Positions 50,105-62,906 of a DNA stretch of 64,000 nt are shown here, one piece after another. This stretch comes from Cetorhinus maximus (lineage: Eukaryota), in assembly GCF_964194155.1 (NCBI RefSeq), contig NC_135887.1, positions 16,182,001-16,246,000 of the forward strand, read 5' to 3'. The first letter of the stretch is position 1. Every line of letters starts with the position of its first letter. The translations under genes were made by a program, and so were the position numbers. The notes under the pieces are model-generated. The model searched no databases and had not been told where the DNA came from. It worked only from the letters and a program-made list of their open reading frames with translations.

Positions 50105-51346
50105 TTATATTAATGGCTCGGCTTCTTCCTCATCTTTTAATTCCATGGCTTCTTCCTTTGCCTCCAGAGCTTTGACCTCCTTCAGTGCGATATTGGTTTC
50201 TGCTGGCTCACCTGGAAGTTGGATGGGACCAGGGGACCATAGACTGGCTCCTTTAACAAAGTCAGAGTTGCTTCTTGTCGGTCGCTTTTTCATGTTGGCT
50301 TTGAGAATTGACACCCGACAGCCCAAGCCAATTGTTGATGCTAGTAGTATGGTACAGAGAATTATTAATATGCCTATTATGATTAAGTAAATCAAAATTT
50401 CTCTGCCTTTTGTTCTTTGAATTGAAAGAGAATGCTTATCATCTACATTAATTAACCGATGAAGATTTGTGTTTTCATTGGCTGTTGCAAGAGGATCGGG
50501 ACCCTCAGTAACGTATTTTTCCTCAGTCGTTAGAACGGGATCGGGACCCTCAGAAACGTATTCTTCCTCAGTCGTTAGAACGGGATCGGGACCCTCAGTA
50601 ACGTATTCTTCCTCAGTCGTTAGAACGGGATCGGGACCCTCAGTAACGTATTCTTCCTCAGTCGTTAGAACGGGATCGGGACCCTCAGTAACGTATTCTT
50701 CCTCAGTCGTTAGAACGGGATCGGGACCCTCAGTAACGTATTCTTCCTCAGTCGTTAGAACGGGATCGGGACCCTCAGTAACGTATTCTTCCTCAGTCGT
50801 TAGAACGGGATCGGGACCCTCAGTAACGTATTCTTCCTCAGTCGTTAGAACGGGATCGGGATCCTCAGTAACGTATTCTTCCTCAGTCGTTAGAACGGGA
50901 TCGGGACCCTCAGTAACGTATTCTTCCTCAGTCGTTAGAACGGGATCGGGACCCTCAGTAACGTATTCTTCCTCAGTCGTTAGAACGGGATCGGGACCCT
51001 CAGTAACGTATTCTTCCTCAGTCGTTAGAACGGGATCGGGACCCTCAGTAACGTATTCTTCCTCAGTCGTTAGAACGGGATCGGGACCCTCAGTAACGTA
51101 TTCTTCCTCAGTCGTTAGAACGGGATCGGGACCCTCAGTAACGTATTCTTCCTCAGTCGTTAGAACGGGATCGGGACCCTCAGTAACGTATTCTTCCTCA
51201 GTCGTTAGAACGGGATCGGGACCCTCAGTAACGTATTCTTCCTTAGTCGTTAGAAATGTTGGTGCACTGTTGACCTTGATTTGTGTAGCTAAAAGAGCAA
51301 AGATCACAGCTTCCACCAAGACAAGTTTTGTTATGTATTGATTCAT
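50105..51346 (-). CDS. EVI2A: EVI2A-like type I membrane protein, 413 aa, with repeat-expanded ectodomain
   Basis: TM and tail LIIIGILIILCTILLASTIGLGCRVSILK...KRPTRSNSDF..ASLW match the EVI2A signature. The first ATG (51346) lies 17 nt after acceptor ttgacag| (51364), followed by a signal peptide. The ORF track start at 51370 is a TTG inside the intron. Confidence 0.9.
   Translation of the reverse strand: MNQYITKLVLVEAVIFALLATQIKVNSAPTFLTTKEEYVTEGPDPVLTTEEEYVTEGPDPVLTTEEEYVTEGPDPVLTTEEEYVTEGPDPVLTTEEEYVTEGPDPVLTTEEEYVTEGPDPVLTTEEEYVTEGPDPVLTTEEEYVTEGPDPVLTTEEEYVTEDPDPVLTTEEEYVTEGPDPVLTTEEEYVTEGPDPVLTTEEEYVTEGPDPVLTTEEEYVTEGPDPVLTTEEEYVTEGPDPVLTTEEEYVTEGPDPVLTTEEEYVSEGPDPVLTTEEKYVTEGPDPLATANENTNLHRLINVDDKHSLSIQRTKGREILIYLIIIGILIILCTILLASTIGLGCRVSILKANMKKRPTRSNSDFVKGASLWSPGPIQLPGEPAETNIALKEVKALEAKEEAMELKDEEEAEPLI
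50492..51253 (-). repeat. Coding minisatellite, ~17 x 45 bp (EEEYVTEGPDPVLTT)
   Basis: Unit tcgggaccctcagtaacgtattcttcctcagtcgttagaacggga; 16 full units plus one partial, with only about four point substitutions in the whole array. Confidence 0.98.
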
Positions 51347-52002
51347 TATTCCTGGGCCTTCACCTGTCAATGAATCAGATAAAAAGAGGTTGTGATTTAT
51401 ATGTGTTTAATTCCAAAGCATTAGAATAGAACAGCAAAGAAATCAGTTGAATTCTTGAACCTGTCAGGCTTGGAATGTTTTCTTCCAATTACCCTCTATC
51501 TGTACTGACTATGCAACTAGTGCTGGAATCGGCAAAATGCAAAATACATATGTAAGACTTTCTGATACAATCCCACTCCTAAACTTATGGCTTGATGTAG
51601 CAGTTCTGTAAATTGAACAGATTTGTATACTTGGATTATACTTTTTGAATAGATTGAGACTCCATCCAGTAATTGAATGTGAAAAGTTACATTTCTGAGA
51701 GCCTGAAGGGGCTCTTTTATTTTGCCTATTGGATTGTCAGTCATAGCTGGGGTGCAAGTGCATTGTCCAAGTGGCTAGTGCGCAGACTTACAAATTGTGA
51801 GCAATGACTCACTGGGTACCAATGGAATTGACTCACCAGACTCTGAGGCAAAATTAGTCCCCTCGCGAAGATCAGGTACTCCCCAGTCGCGGAATGCTGT
51901 GATCTTCCTGGCTGCTCTGGCCCAGTCAAATGCTGAATGAGCTCACTAAGTCATCAAAGAGCCTAAGGGCTGGCATTGAAATGTGTATGTGGTCGAAAAA
52001 AG

Positions 52003-54560
52003 CTTTGGTCATGGGCAAGGATACCTCCTGATTCCCACGTATGCTCCTCTTCAGCTGATCAATCAGTACTCCTCCAAGTTGAACACCACTTGGAGGAATA
52101 ACCAAGGGTGACAAGGGCACAAATGTACTCTGGGTGGGGACTTCAATATTCATCACCAAGAGTGGCTCGGTAGCACCATCACAGACCAAGCTCGCCGAGT
52201 CCTAAAGGACATAGCTGCTGGGCAAGGTCTGTGGCAGGTGGTGAGGGAACCAAGAAGAGGGAAAGACATACCTGACCTCATCCTCACCAATCAGCCTGCT
52301 GCCGATGCATCTGTCCATGACAGTATTGGTAGGAGTGACCACCACACGGTCCTTGTGGAAACAAAGTCACATCTTCACATTGAGGATACCCTCCATCATG
52401 TTGTGTGGCACTATCACTGTGCTAAATGGAATAGATTTTGAACAGATCTAGCGATTCGAGACTGGGCATCCATGAGGCTCTGTGGGCCACCAGCAGCAGC
52501 AGAATTGTACTCGATCACAATCTGTAACCTCATGGCCCACCATATACACCACTCTACCATTACCATGAAGCCAGGGATCAACCCTGGTTCAAAGAAGAGT
52601 GCAGGAAGGCATGCCAAGAGCAACACCAGGCATACCTAAGAATACGGTGTCAACCTGGTGAAGCTGCATCACAGGACTACTTGCATGCCAAACAGCATAA
52701 GCAACAAGTGACAGTCTGAGCTAAGTGATTCCACAACCAATGGATCAGACCTAAGCTCTGCAGTCCTGCCACATCCAGTCGCGAATGATGGTGGGCAATT
52801 AAACAGCACACTGGAGGAGGAGGCTCCACAAATATCCCCATCCTCAATGATGGAGGAGCCTAGCACATCAGTGCAAAAGGTAAAAATGAAGCATTTGCAA
52901 ACATCTTCAGTCAGAAGTGCCGAGTGGATGATCCATCTTGGCCTCCTCCAGAGGTCTCCAGATGCCAGTCTTCAGCCAATTTGATTCACTCCATGTGATG
53001 TCAAGAAACGGCTGAAGGCGCTGGATACTGCAAAGGCTATGGGCCCTGACAATGTTCTGGCACTAGTACTGAAGACTTGTGCCCCAGAACTTCCCACACC
53101 CCTAGCCAAGTAGTTCCAGTACAGCCTGGACACTGGCATCTACCTGGCTATGTGGAAAATTGCCCAGGTATGTCCTGTACAGAAAAAAAGAGGACAAATC
53201 CAACCCAGCCAATTACCACCCTATTAGTCTACTCTTGATAATCAGTAAAGTGATGGAAGATGTCATCAACAGTGCTATCAAAGGGCACTTGCTTAGCGAT
53301 AACCTGCTCACTGACAGTTTTTTTTTTACAGTTTGGGTTCCGCCAGGGCCACTCAGCTCCTGACCTCATTACAGCCTTGGTTCAAACATGGACAAAAGAG
53401 CTGAACTCACGAGGTGAGGGGAGAGTGACTGCCCTTGACGACATCAAGGCCACATTTGACCGAGTGTGGCATCAAGGAGCCCCAGCAAAACTGGAATCAG
53501 TGGGAATCAGGGATATAACTCTGGTTGGAGTCGTACCTAGCACACAAGAAGATGGTTGTGGTTGTTGGAGGTCAGTCATCTCAGCTTCAGAACATCACTG
53601 CAGAAGTTCCTCAGGGTAGTGTCCTTGGCCCAGCCATCTTCAGCTGCTTCATCAATGACCTTCCTTCCACCATAAGGTCAGAAGTGGGATGTTTGCTGAT
53701 TGCATAATGTTCAGAACCATTCGCAACAACTCAGATACTGAAGCAGTCTATGGTCAAATGCAGCAAGACCTGGACAACATCCAGGCTTGGGCTGACAAGT
53801 GGCAAGGAACACTTGCACCACAAAGTGTCAGGCAATGACCATCTCCAACAAGAGAGAGTCCAACTGTCGCCCCATGATGTTCAGTGGCATTACCATCACT
53901 GAATCCCCCAAAATCAACATCCTAGGGGTTACCGTTGACCAGAAACTGAACTGGACTAGCCAAATAAATACTGTGGCTGCAACAGCAGGTCAGAGGTTAG
54001 GAATAATGTGATGAGTAACCCACCACCTGACTCCCCAAAGCCTGTCCACCATCTGCAAGGCACAAGTCAGGGGTGTGATGGAATACTCCCCACTGCCTGG
54101 GTGAGTGCAACTCCCATAACACTCAAGAAGCTTGACAGCATCCAGGACATAGCAGCCCGCTTTGGCACCACACCCACAAACATTCACTCCCTCCACCACC
54201 GACGCACAGGAGCAGCCTACAAGGTGCACTGCAGGAATTCACCAAGGCTCCTTTGGCAGCACCTTCCAAACCTACGACCACTACCATCTAGAGGGACAAG
54301 GGTAGCAGATACATGGCAACACCACCACCTGCAAGTTCCCCTCCAAGCCACACACCATCCTGACTTGGAAATATATCGCCATTCCTTCGCTGTCACTGGG
54401 TCAAAATCCTGGAACTCTCTTCCCAACAGCAGTGTGGATGTACCCATACAACATGGACTGCAGCGGTTCAAGAAGGCAGCTTACCACCACCTCCTTAAGG
54501 GCAACTAGGGATGGGCAATAAATGCTGGCCCAGCCAGTGAAGTGCACATCCTGTGAATTA
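52003..54560 (+). mobile_element. 5'-truncated degenerate copy of the same LINE family
   Basis: DLILTN..SDHH, NYHPISLL, QFGFR, PQGSVLGPAIFSCFINDL and KSWNSLP motifs spread across frameshifted ORFs. Confidence 0.9.
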
Positions 54561-54754
54561 ATTTTTTTTAAAATTGGGTTATCAGTGTCTGTATCAGACA
54601 GAGCACAGCCAGACAATGCTGCTACTACTCTATCCTACCTGCTATTGCACCAATATGAAATTTCCACTGATGGGAGAATTAAAGTTAATTATGAGCAGTT
54701 TTGTGTTGTGCTCTTTCAGTTACTGGGTTCAGGTTGCGTCAGAATCCTGTATGG

Positions 54755-55549
54755 ACCCCACCCAGAGTACATTCTGTGCCCTTACCACCCTCAGTGCTTC
54801 CTCCAAGTGTTGTTCAACATGGAGGCACACTGATTCATCAACTGAGGGAGGGTGTTGCGTGGTAATCAGCAGGAGGTTTCCTTTCCTTGAGACTTCATGG
54901 GGCCCGGAGTCTATGTTGAGGACTCCCAGGGCAACTCCCTCCAGACTGTATACCACTGTACCGGTGGGACAAGACATACGCAGGGAAGGCGATGATGGTG
55001 TCTGGGATGTTATCTGTAAGGCATGATTCCATGAGGATGACTATGTCAGGCTGTTGCGTGACTAGTCTGTGAGACAGCTCTCCCAATTTTGGCACTAGCC
55101 CCCAGATGTTAGTAAGGAGGACTTTGCAGGGTCGACAGAGCGGCGATTGCCATTGTCATTTCTGGTGCCTACATTGATGTCACATGGTCCATCCAGTTTC
55201 ATTCATTTTTTGTGATTTTGTAGTGTTTTGTTACAACTGAGTGGTTTGCTAGGCCATTTCAGAGGGCATGTAAGAGTCAACCACATTGCTGTGGCTCTGG
55301 AGTCACGTGTAGCCAGACCAGGTAAGGACGACAGATTTCCTTCCCTCAAGGACATTAGTGAACCAGATGGATTTTTACAACAGTCGACAATGGTTTCATG
55401 GCCATCGTAAGACTTCTAATTCCAGATTTTTATTGAATTCAAATTCCACCATCTGCTGTGGCAGGATTTGAACCTTGGTCCCCAAAGCGTTACCCTGGGA
55501 CTCTGGGTCACTGGTCCAGTGACAATGCCACCGTACCATCACCTCCCCC
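54755..55549 (-). mobile_element. 5' fragment (tRNA-like head + endonuclease start) of the same LINE family
   Basis: A-box-like 55528-55538, B-box GGTTCAAATCC 55464-55474, peptide PKLGELSHRLVTQQPDIVILMES. Confidence 0.85.
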
Positions 55550-57464
55550 AAAATGAAAGAAGTGTTCCTTTGCCCACCACCAGCAAACTTCATATCAAAA
55601 AGGGCAATGTTTTTGTTAAAAAGTAGTCAGTTATAAATAAAATTCGGCTTCTCTGTGTACATTATGCCATAGAAGTAAATAATTTAACTGTTCAGGTCAA
55701 AAAAATGTGCATTATGCAAAATAGAGCATGCATTGAAAACTAAACAAAAATGGAAAATTAAATCATAGTTACGGTTTGTAAAATGGATTCCTTGTTTAGA
55801 TCATACCTGAACTTAATTGCGCAAAATAAATGTGAAGACTGAAAATTGGTATAACGGTGTTATGCAATCCTGAGTATTGTAGCACTTTGCATCGCAGCTG
55901 CTGTTCTGACTCAATCTTAGTTTCCCAGACCATGATGGACATTCAAGAGCCGACAATTATATGCACAGCAGTGATGATGTCGTTAAACAATGTCTATACT
56001 TCCCCTCTTGAATTCCCTATTGGAAGAAATGCAAGGGGAGATCAGTTGATCTCTTCAGAGCAAGATGGAGACACATAGGTATTGATGTTCGTGATGAGCA
56101 TCATTGGAGTATTTGAGGGTGTGTAAGTAGACAATGCACTCTCGTCATCAGGAAGGTTTGTTTGGGACAGACAGCCTCAACAAGGGAGGCTTTTAAAAAA
56201 AAAAATCAGTGTGGAATGAAAGCAGGGCTTTAACATTGACCCAAAAACAGCCAAGCTACTTATTTCCCTATTACTGCTCCAATTTTTCTCCTTCCCAAAC
56301 TACAGGTTCTGTGATTAGCTATTATGGAAGGAATAGTTACTATCAGGGTAAGCTGTCCTTTGTGTTTCTCTCTCTCCTTCACAAACCACCTCCAATTCTC
56401 AAATTTTTCTATGCCTGTTCTGATATCTAGTTTGAAATTTTCTGAACGACCAGACAAGTCAAACAAACCATGGTTTCCTCCAGTTCTTCAATATTTAACC
56501 TCCAAAAGCAGAGGTGTTAATGTTTACAATTGATAAAAAAAAACTACCTTTACACTCTCTACTAAACCAACGATTTGGTTGTGAGAGTGAATGCAGCAAA
56601 TGTTTGTTAACCCAGAAAAAAGTAACAGCTATATCCTACCTCCAGCAGCTCCTGATCCATTCAACTCTTTTCTAATCAGTGTAGGTGAAGAGTACTCCAA
56701 AGCTCAGTGGTTTTGCCCAGTTGTTCTTCAAGATGAGTGACTTTATTAGTGTAGACGCAGCAGATTATGACTAATAAACACTTTGCCCAATCACCTCTTC
56801 TGCATGTACATTGCACCACTACACTTGGCACTGATGACGTTGATGGACCACGGAACGTTAATCCATTTCCTAATCAGCGTATGCAATTTCCAAATTGAGC
56901 TGTGAGGCATTTTTGAAAACTTTGGTTTAAAGAAAGCCCTACACTAGCTGCAGGAAGAGTTTTCGTGTGTGTAGGGAGGAGTGGCAAAGAAAGCAAAAAT
57001 AGAAGATGCTGCAAGTGCGAAAATTGTTAAATGTGAAAGCAAGATGAGTCAATGGTTTTGAGTCTCGGGCCTTAGCCAGATTGGAAATTTATAGAAAATG
57101 ACAGTCCTTAAGACGGGTGGGAGACAACAAATAGAAGTCAGATCTAGCCTTCTCATCTTTGTCAATTACTGGATTCAACCAAGACACAAAAGGAACATGG
57201 ATATGTATCAGATGGCTATGTAAAGAAAATTCATTCTTCCTGTTAAAATTGAAATGGCCTTATTGACTTCAGATATGTAGCCCACCCCAATGTCACTGTG
57301 TGATTTTAATGTAGTGCTAGTGTGGGAATTCACTGGAATAGCCTTTAAGATCTATCTCTACTGGTTATGATTTTCTTAAAAATTAACCTGCGTTAAAATT
57401 ACACGTTTATTTTAGAACTTAAAAAAATCAATTTACTTCCATTAGGTTGCAGAAAGACATGGGT

Positions 57465-57860
57465 CTTTTTAAAAATTGTCCTTGGGATATGAGTGTTTCT
57501 GGCAAGGGCAGTGTTTATTGCCCATCCCCAATCACCCTTGAACAGGTAGTAGTGAGCCACCTACAACTGAGTGGCTTGCTAGGCCATTTGAGAGGGCACT
57601 TAAGAGGCAGCCATATTGGTGTGGCATTTGGTGTCACAGTAGGCAAGACTACAATAAGGACTGCAGATTTCCTCCCCGCAGGATGGGTTTTTACAACAAT
57701 CCGGTCATTTTATGATCAATATTAATGAGATTAACATTTTATTCCAGATTTATTAATTGATTGAAATTAAATTTCTCCAGCTGCCGTGGTGAGATTTGAA
57801 CTCTTGTCTATGGAGCATTACTCCGGGTCTTTGGATTACAAGTTCATAACATTACACATA
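57465..57860 (-). mobile_element. SINE-like internally deleted derivative (head joined to tail) of the same LINE family
   Basis: Head region homologous to 55230-55520 is joined at ~57561 directly to a tail homologous to 54478-54555. Confidence 0.7.
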
Positions 57861-59800
57861 TTCCTACAGCGTCCCAAGGTAAAAAATCTGTGGCGCTTCA
57901 CAAACCTAAGGCCATTAAGAGTGCAAATTTAAGATAAAGGTTCAAAGGGGATGTTAGAAAAATGGCAGTACACCTAGAGATGTGACATGCCAGAAACAGT
58001 TGTTAAAATAATTTATGGGCTCTGCTTTTAAGAGGGAGTTAGCTGCTTAAGAGAGAAGATGAGTAAGTATCAGGGCCAAGCAGAAAATCTTAGATTAGGC
58101 TAAGTGACTCGAGGAGAAAAGAGGGCATAAACATCATGAGCTTAAACATCCTGTTTGTATGCTACAAAATGCTGTGGTTCTGTGAACGAAAGCACCCGGG
58201 TAGATCCTCAGCCCCAAAGTGTAAGAGTTATTTTGTCACAAACCAAACTGTTGCAATGTAATACTGAAATAAACTAAACAGATTGATTTTTGTTTATAGC
58301 AGCTTGGCTGACTGACCATTTATGTATGGGAATTGTTCCTAAACATCTTACACCGAAGGCATGTGCCTTTTACTGCCCTCAGATTATGGGTTTGCAGTTC
58401 AACAATGATTGATTCATCTGTTTTTAAAACACATGTTAACGTGATTTTTTTGCCTGAAGTCTCCAAATGGCTTTCAAAAGAGGAATAGTTGATATCTTCT
58501 GTGTGATGGTACCTTGGAGAACCTATGTCCTGGTATAGCACTTGTACACTAATGGTCAAGATATTTATCCATACTGTTTAGCACTGCCAGTACTTAACAG
58601 TGCAAGCAAGACTAGCTGTAAGAGGTAATCTCACTTTAATTCTCACTGCTGTCAATGCAAAACTCAAGGTGACTTCCTGTGTAACCTTGTTTTAGATCAA
58701 GAATATTTAACGAGATAATTAACTGACAGTAAGTTAAGGCCAGATAGTCTCATTTGAGTGTGCTTAAGTGCACATGTGCAGAGCTCAGCCATCACCTATT
58801 TTGCTGTAATTGATTGAGTAGAGTATGTATATCTCCCCAATTGCAACAAGTGCTGTCAGCACTGCATCAGCAAGTAGAATGTAGCAGTGGCAATAGGAAC
58901 AAAAAGACAATTGTTATTATGCCAGTGTTTTACTAAGAACAGTTGAAGTGTCTGTTCAACTTTTATTTTTATAGTGCCTTTGATGTCATAAAGCGTCCCA
59001 AGATGCATTATCAGAAGCATTTATACAACAAAATAAAGCTATCCCTCATTTAGCACTTCTGATGTGTTCCTGAAAATGTACTAAATGAAAATCGCTTTCC
59101 CCCTCAAAAAACATGTAATGAGGATGGGTTACAATCCTGACCTGTATTTTTTACATTAAAAACATTGGCTGCCTTGAACCTAACTGGCCCAAAAATCTTC
59201 GTACTAACTTCATAACGCTTGCTGACTTACTAACTCTTTCTACTTGCCTCCCTTTCATCGCTTCTCAACCCTCCCGCTCACTTTCCTCTCCGACCCTCCT
59301 GCTCGCTGCTGCCCACTTCCCTCTCTGACTCTCCCAATCTCCCAATTGTCACTGGCCTCTATCGGCCTGCTTGCTCACCGCCTCTCCTGATCACCACTTC
59401 CTGCCATCCAACTTCCCTCCCGCTGTCTTCCTCTGTCTCGCCACACCGCTCACTCACTCCTTCCCTCTTGCTGCCTCCCTCCTGACCCTCCTTTTTTCCC
59501 AGTGCCCCTCCCCTGTGCCCTTGCTCACAGTGGAGTCACAGGACAGGGGCAGTGAGGACCTGGGAGAGATGGAGAGAGTGGGAGGGTCAAATATGACTTC
59601 TTCAGAACTATTGTGATGGTTACATCTGTTTCTCTCTCCGCAGATGCTGCCAGACTTGCTGAGTATGTCCAGCACTGTTTTTATTTCAGATCTCCGGTAT
59701 CTGCACTATTTAGTTATTTTATTATTACTATTTGCATAGGAATGTAAACTTTGTTACTTCCCAGTTCGCCTTGAAATGAGTTTAATGTGACGAGCAGTAA

Positions 59801-60304
<504 letters not shown>

Positions 60305-60384
60305 TGAATAGTAGGATTTGATTCCAAGTGTCTGAAGCCAAACGGTATTGTACAAAAATCAATAGGACTGCAGAAATTCACAAC

Positions 60385-60910
60385 TTTTTTCATTCTTCCA
60401 TGGAATGTGAGCATCGCTGGCAGGGCTAGCATTTGTTGCCCATCCCTAATTGCCCTTGAGAAGGTGATAGTGAGCTGCCACCTTGAACTGTTGCAGTCCA
60501 TCTCGTGTAGGTATACCCACAGTGCTGTTAGGAAGGGAGCTCCAGGTTTTTGACCCAGCTACAGTGAAGGAATAGCAATACAGTTCCAAGTCAGGATGGT
60601 GTGTAACTTGGAGGGGAATTTGCAGGTAGTGGTGTTTTCATGCACCTGCTGCCGCTGGCCTTCTGGGTTGAATAGTCGCAGGTTTGGAAAGTGCTAGTCA
60701 GTGAGGCTTGGTGAGTAGCTGCAGTGCATCATGTATATGGTACACACTGCTGCAGCTGTGTGCTGGTGGAGGAGTGAGTAAATGATTAAGGTTGTGGATG
60801 GGATGTTGATTAAACAGGCTGCTTTGTCCTGGATGGTGGCAAGCTGCTTGAGTGTTGTTGGAGCTACACTCATCCAGGCAAGCAGAGAGTATTTCATCTC
60901 GTTCCTGACA
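60385..60910 (-). mobile_element. 3' fragment of the same LINE family
   Basis: Homologous to 9960-10480; MKYSLLAWMS peptide. Confidence 0.85.
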
Positions 60911-61599
60911 TCCACCATCTTCAAGGCAGTGCTTTGAGGAGTTAAGAGGTGAGTTCCTGAACTGTTCAAGTGGAGCGTAGAGTGGAAAATCCAGAAGCAA
61001 AACCCCAATGTAATCCTCATTGTCCAATGTAGGAACTGTAAAACTGTGAGTTGTCTGTTATATTTCAAAGTTGATCAGGTTTTTTCAATTTTAAAACAGC
61101 ACCTGTTGAATTTTTCACACGAGTATTTGTAAAAAAAAAGTTTTAAAATTAACTTTAGAAAAATGATAATTACTGTACCACCCCAATGAACTACATGATG
61201 GGATATTGACAACCCTCGACATTAAAATTAAAATATAAGTTTATGGAAGTGTAGCAGCGCTCTGTGGATTAAAGAAACACACAAATACACAGAATGAAAG
61301 CAAGTCACAGGGCAAGTTTAGCTTTCTTACATAGAGCTAAAACAGAAAAAGAGTTTACTATACATCAGCTTGATTTCAGTTAATAGCACTTTAACCTCTG
61401 AATTAGAAATTTGTGTCTTCAAATATGACTCCAGGACTGAATTAATGGCTTAGGTTAACATTGTCTGTGTTGCTTAGTGGGTGAGATGTTCAACTGAGAT
61501 CTCATGTGCCTTTACAGGTAGACATAAGGTTCCTATAACACTACTTGGAGATGTTTGGGTGAGCCAAAACTAACACTACCAAAACCACTTCGCATTGAC

Positions 61600-62875
61600 T
61601 TTCTTAATCTAGATTGTTTATGTATAACTTTGTCAATTTTTAGTCTTTCTAATATATCAGCTAGTGTCCCTTCTTTTTCACTTTGACTTCATCTTTTTTT
61701 AAAAACAAGTACAAAGTAGTACCTCAACCATGCCCTCTGCCTCCAGTATGCATATCATTTGGTCCTTTATCAGCCCCACCCCTCCTTTTACTACCCATTT
61801 ATTATTTATATGCCTATAGATGACTTTTGAGTTCCCTTTTATGTTAGTTGCCAGTCTCCTCTTGTACTCTTTTTCTCTAATTTTTCTTTTTACTTTCTCT
61901 CTGAACTTTTTATGTTCAGCCATGTTCTCACTGCATTATCAGCCTGGCATTTGTCATGTGTACCATTTTTCAGCTTCATCTTATTCTGTTTCTTTCGTCA
62001 TTCAAGTAGCTCTGGCTTTGCATGCCCTACCTTTCCCCCTCATGGGAATGTCCCTCGACCATACCTGAACCATCTCCTCTTTAAAGACAGCACGTTGTTC
62101 CATTGCAGTTTTGCCTGCCAATCTTTGATTCCAGTTTACCCGGGGCCAGATTTGGTTCTACCCCATTGAAATTGGCCCCCCTCCAGTTGAGTATTTTTAC
62201 TCCAGATTTCTCCTTGTCCTTTTCCATAACTAACCTTATGATACTATGATCACTGTTCCCTAAATGTTCCCCTACTGACACTTGACTCAACTCATTCTCC
62301 AGAAACAGATCCTTGTTGGGCCAGAAGCATACTGATCAAGAAAATGCTCCTGAGTGCACATCAGAAACTCTTCCCTCTTTCTGTCCTTTACACTGTTACC
62401 AGTGTGCAGTCCTGTTTGACGTCAGCATCTTCCTTGATATAGACAGATGCAAAGTACTCATTTAGTACCTCTGCCTCCATGTGTAGATTCCCTTTTTGGC
62501 CCAGTTTATGTTCAGATTATTAAAGTTTCCCATTATAACTACTGTATAATTCTTGCATCTCTCTATAGTTTCCTTGCAAATTTGTTCCCCTATATCGTTC
62601 CCACTAGTTGGTTATATCAAATCCAGTAATGTAATGGTAACACTGTTGTTTCTTATCTATAGCCAATTATATTCTGTCCTTGACCCCTCCTGGACACCCT
62701 CTGTCTCAGCATTTTAATTTCCTTACTCAAAATTGTTACCACTGTTCCTTTTCCCCTTTTTTTCTGAACACTTTATGTCCAAGAATATTCCTTTACTTTT
62801 TCAAGCCAGGTTTCCATTATTGCCACAACATGATATTCTCATGTGGCTATTTGCACCTCAAGCTCACCAACCTCC
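61600..62875 (-). mobile_element. Degenerate CR1 fragment (endonuclease/linker region)
   Basis: VGEHLGNSDHSIIR..LNWRGANF and LATNIKGNSKVIY peptides. Confidence 0.75.
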
Positions 62876-62906
62876 ACTGTGCCCTCAGGCCTCCAGCTCA
62901 CCACTG

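Noticed and set aside
50492-51253. Regular repeat array that might be taken for a CRISPR array
   Set aside because: Units are contiguous and identical with no unique spacers. It is an in-frame coding minisatellite in a vertebrate gene.
50469-51341. 290-aa plus-strand ORF (RTGSGPSVTYSSSVV)n antisense to EVI2A
   Set aside because: It is open only because the 45-bp unit lacks a stop in that frame. It has a non-ATG start and no independent features.
51347-51370. N-terminal extension MTGEGPGI in the EVI2A ORF call
   Set aside because: It starts at a TTG and crosses the predicted splice acceptor at 51364. ATG 51346 followed by a signal peptide is the better start, although an in-frame ATG in an upstream exon cannot be excluded.
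52003-55549. One LINE with a 5' inversion (plus-strand body plus minus-strand head)
   Set aside because: The two pieces overlap by ~130 bp of element sequence with many differences, and the head lies beyond the 3' tail, so they are separate insertions.
59230-59530. Long C/T-rich tract upstream of NF1 exon 28
   Set aside because: Low-complexity sequence with no defined unit, 300 bp from the acceptor, which has its own polypyrimidine tract.
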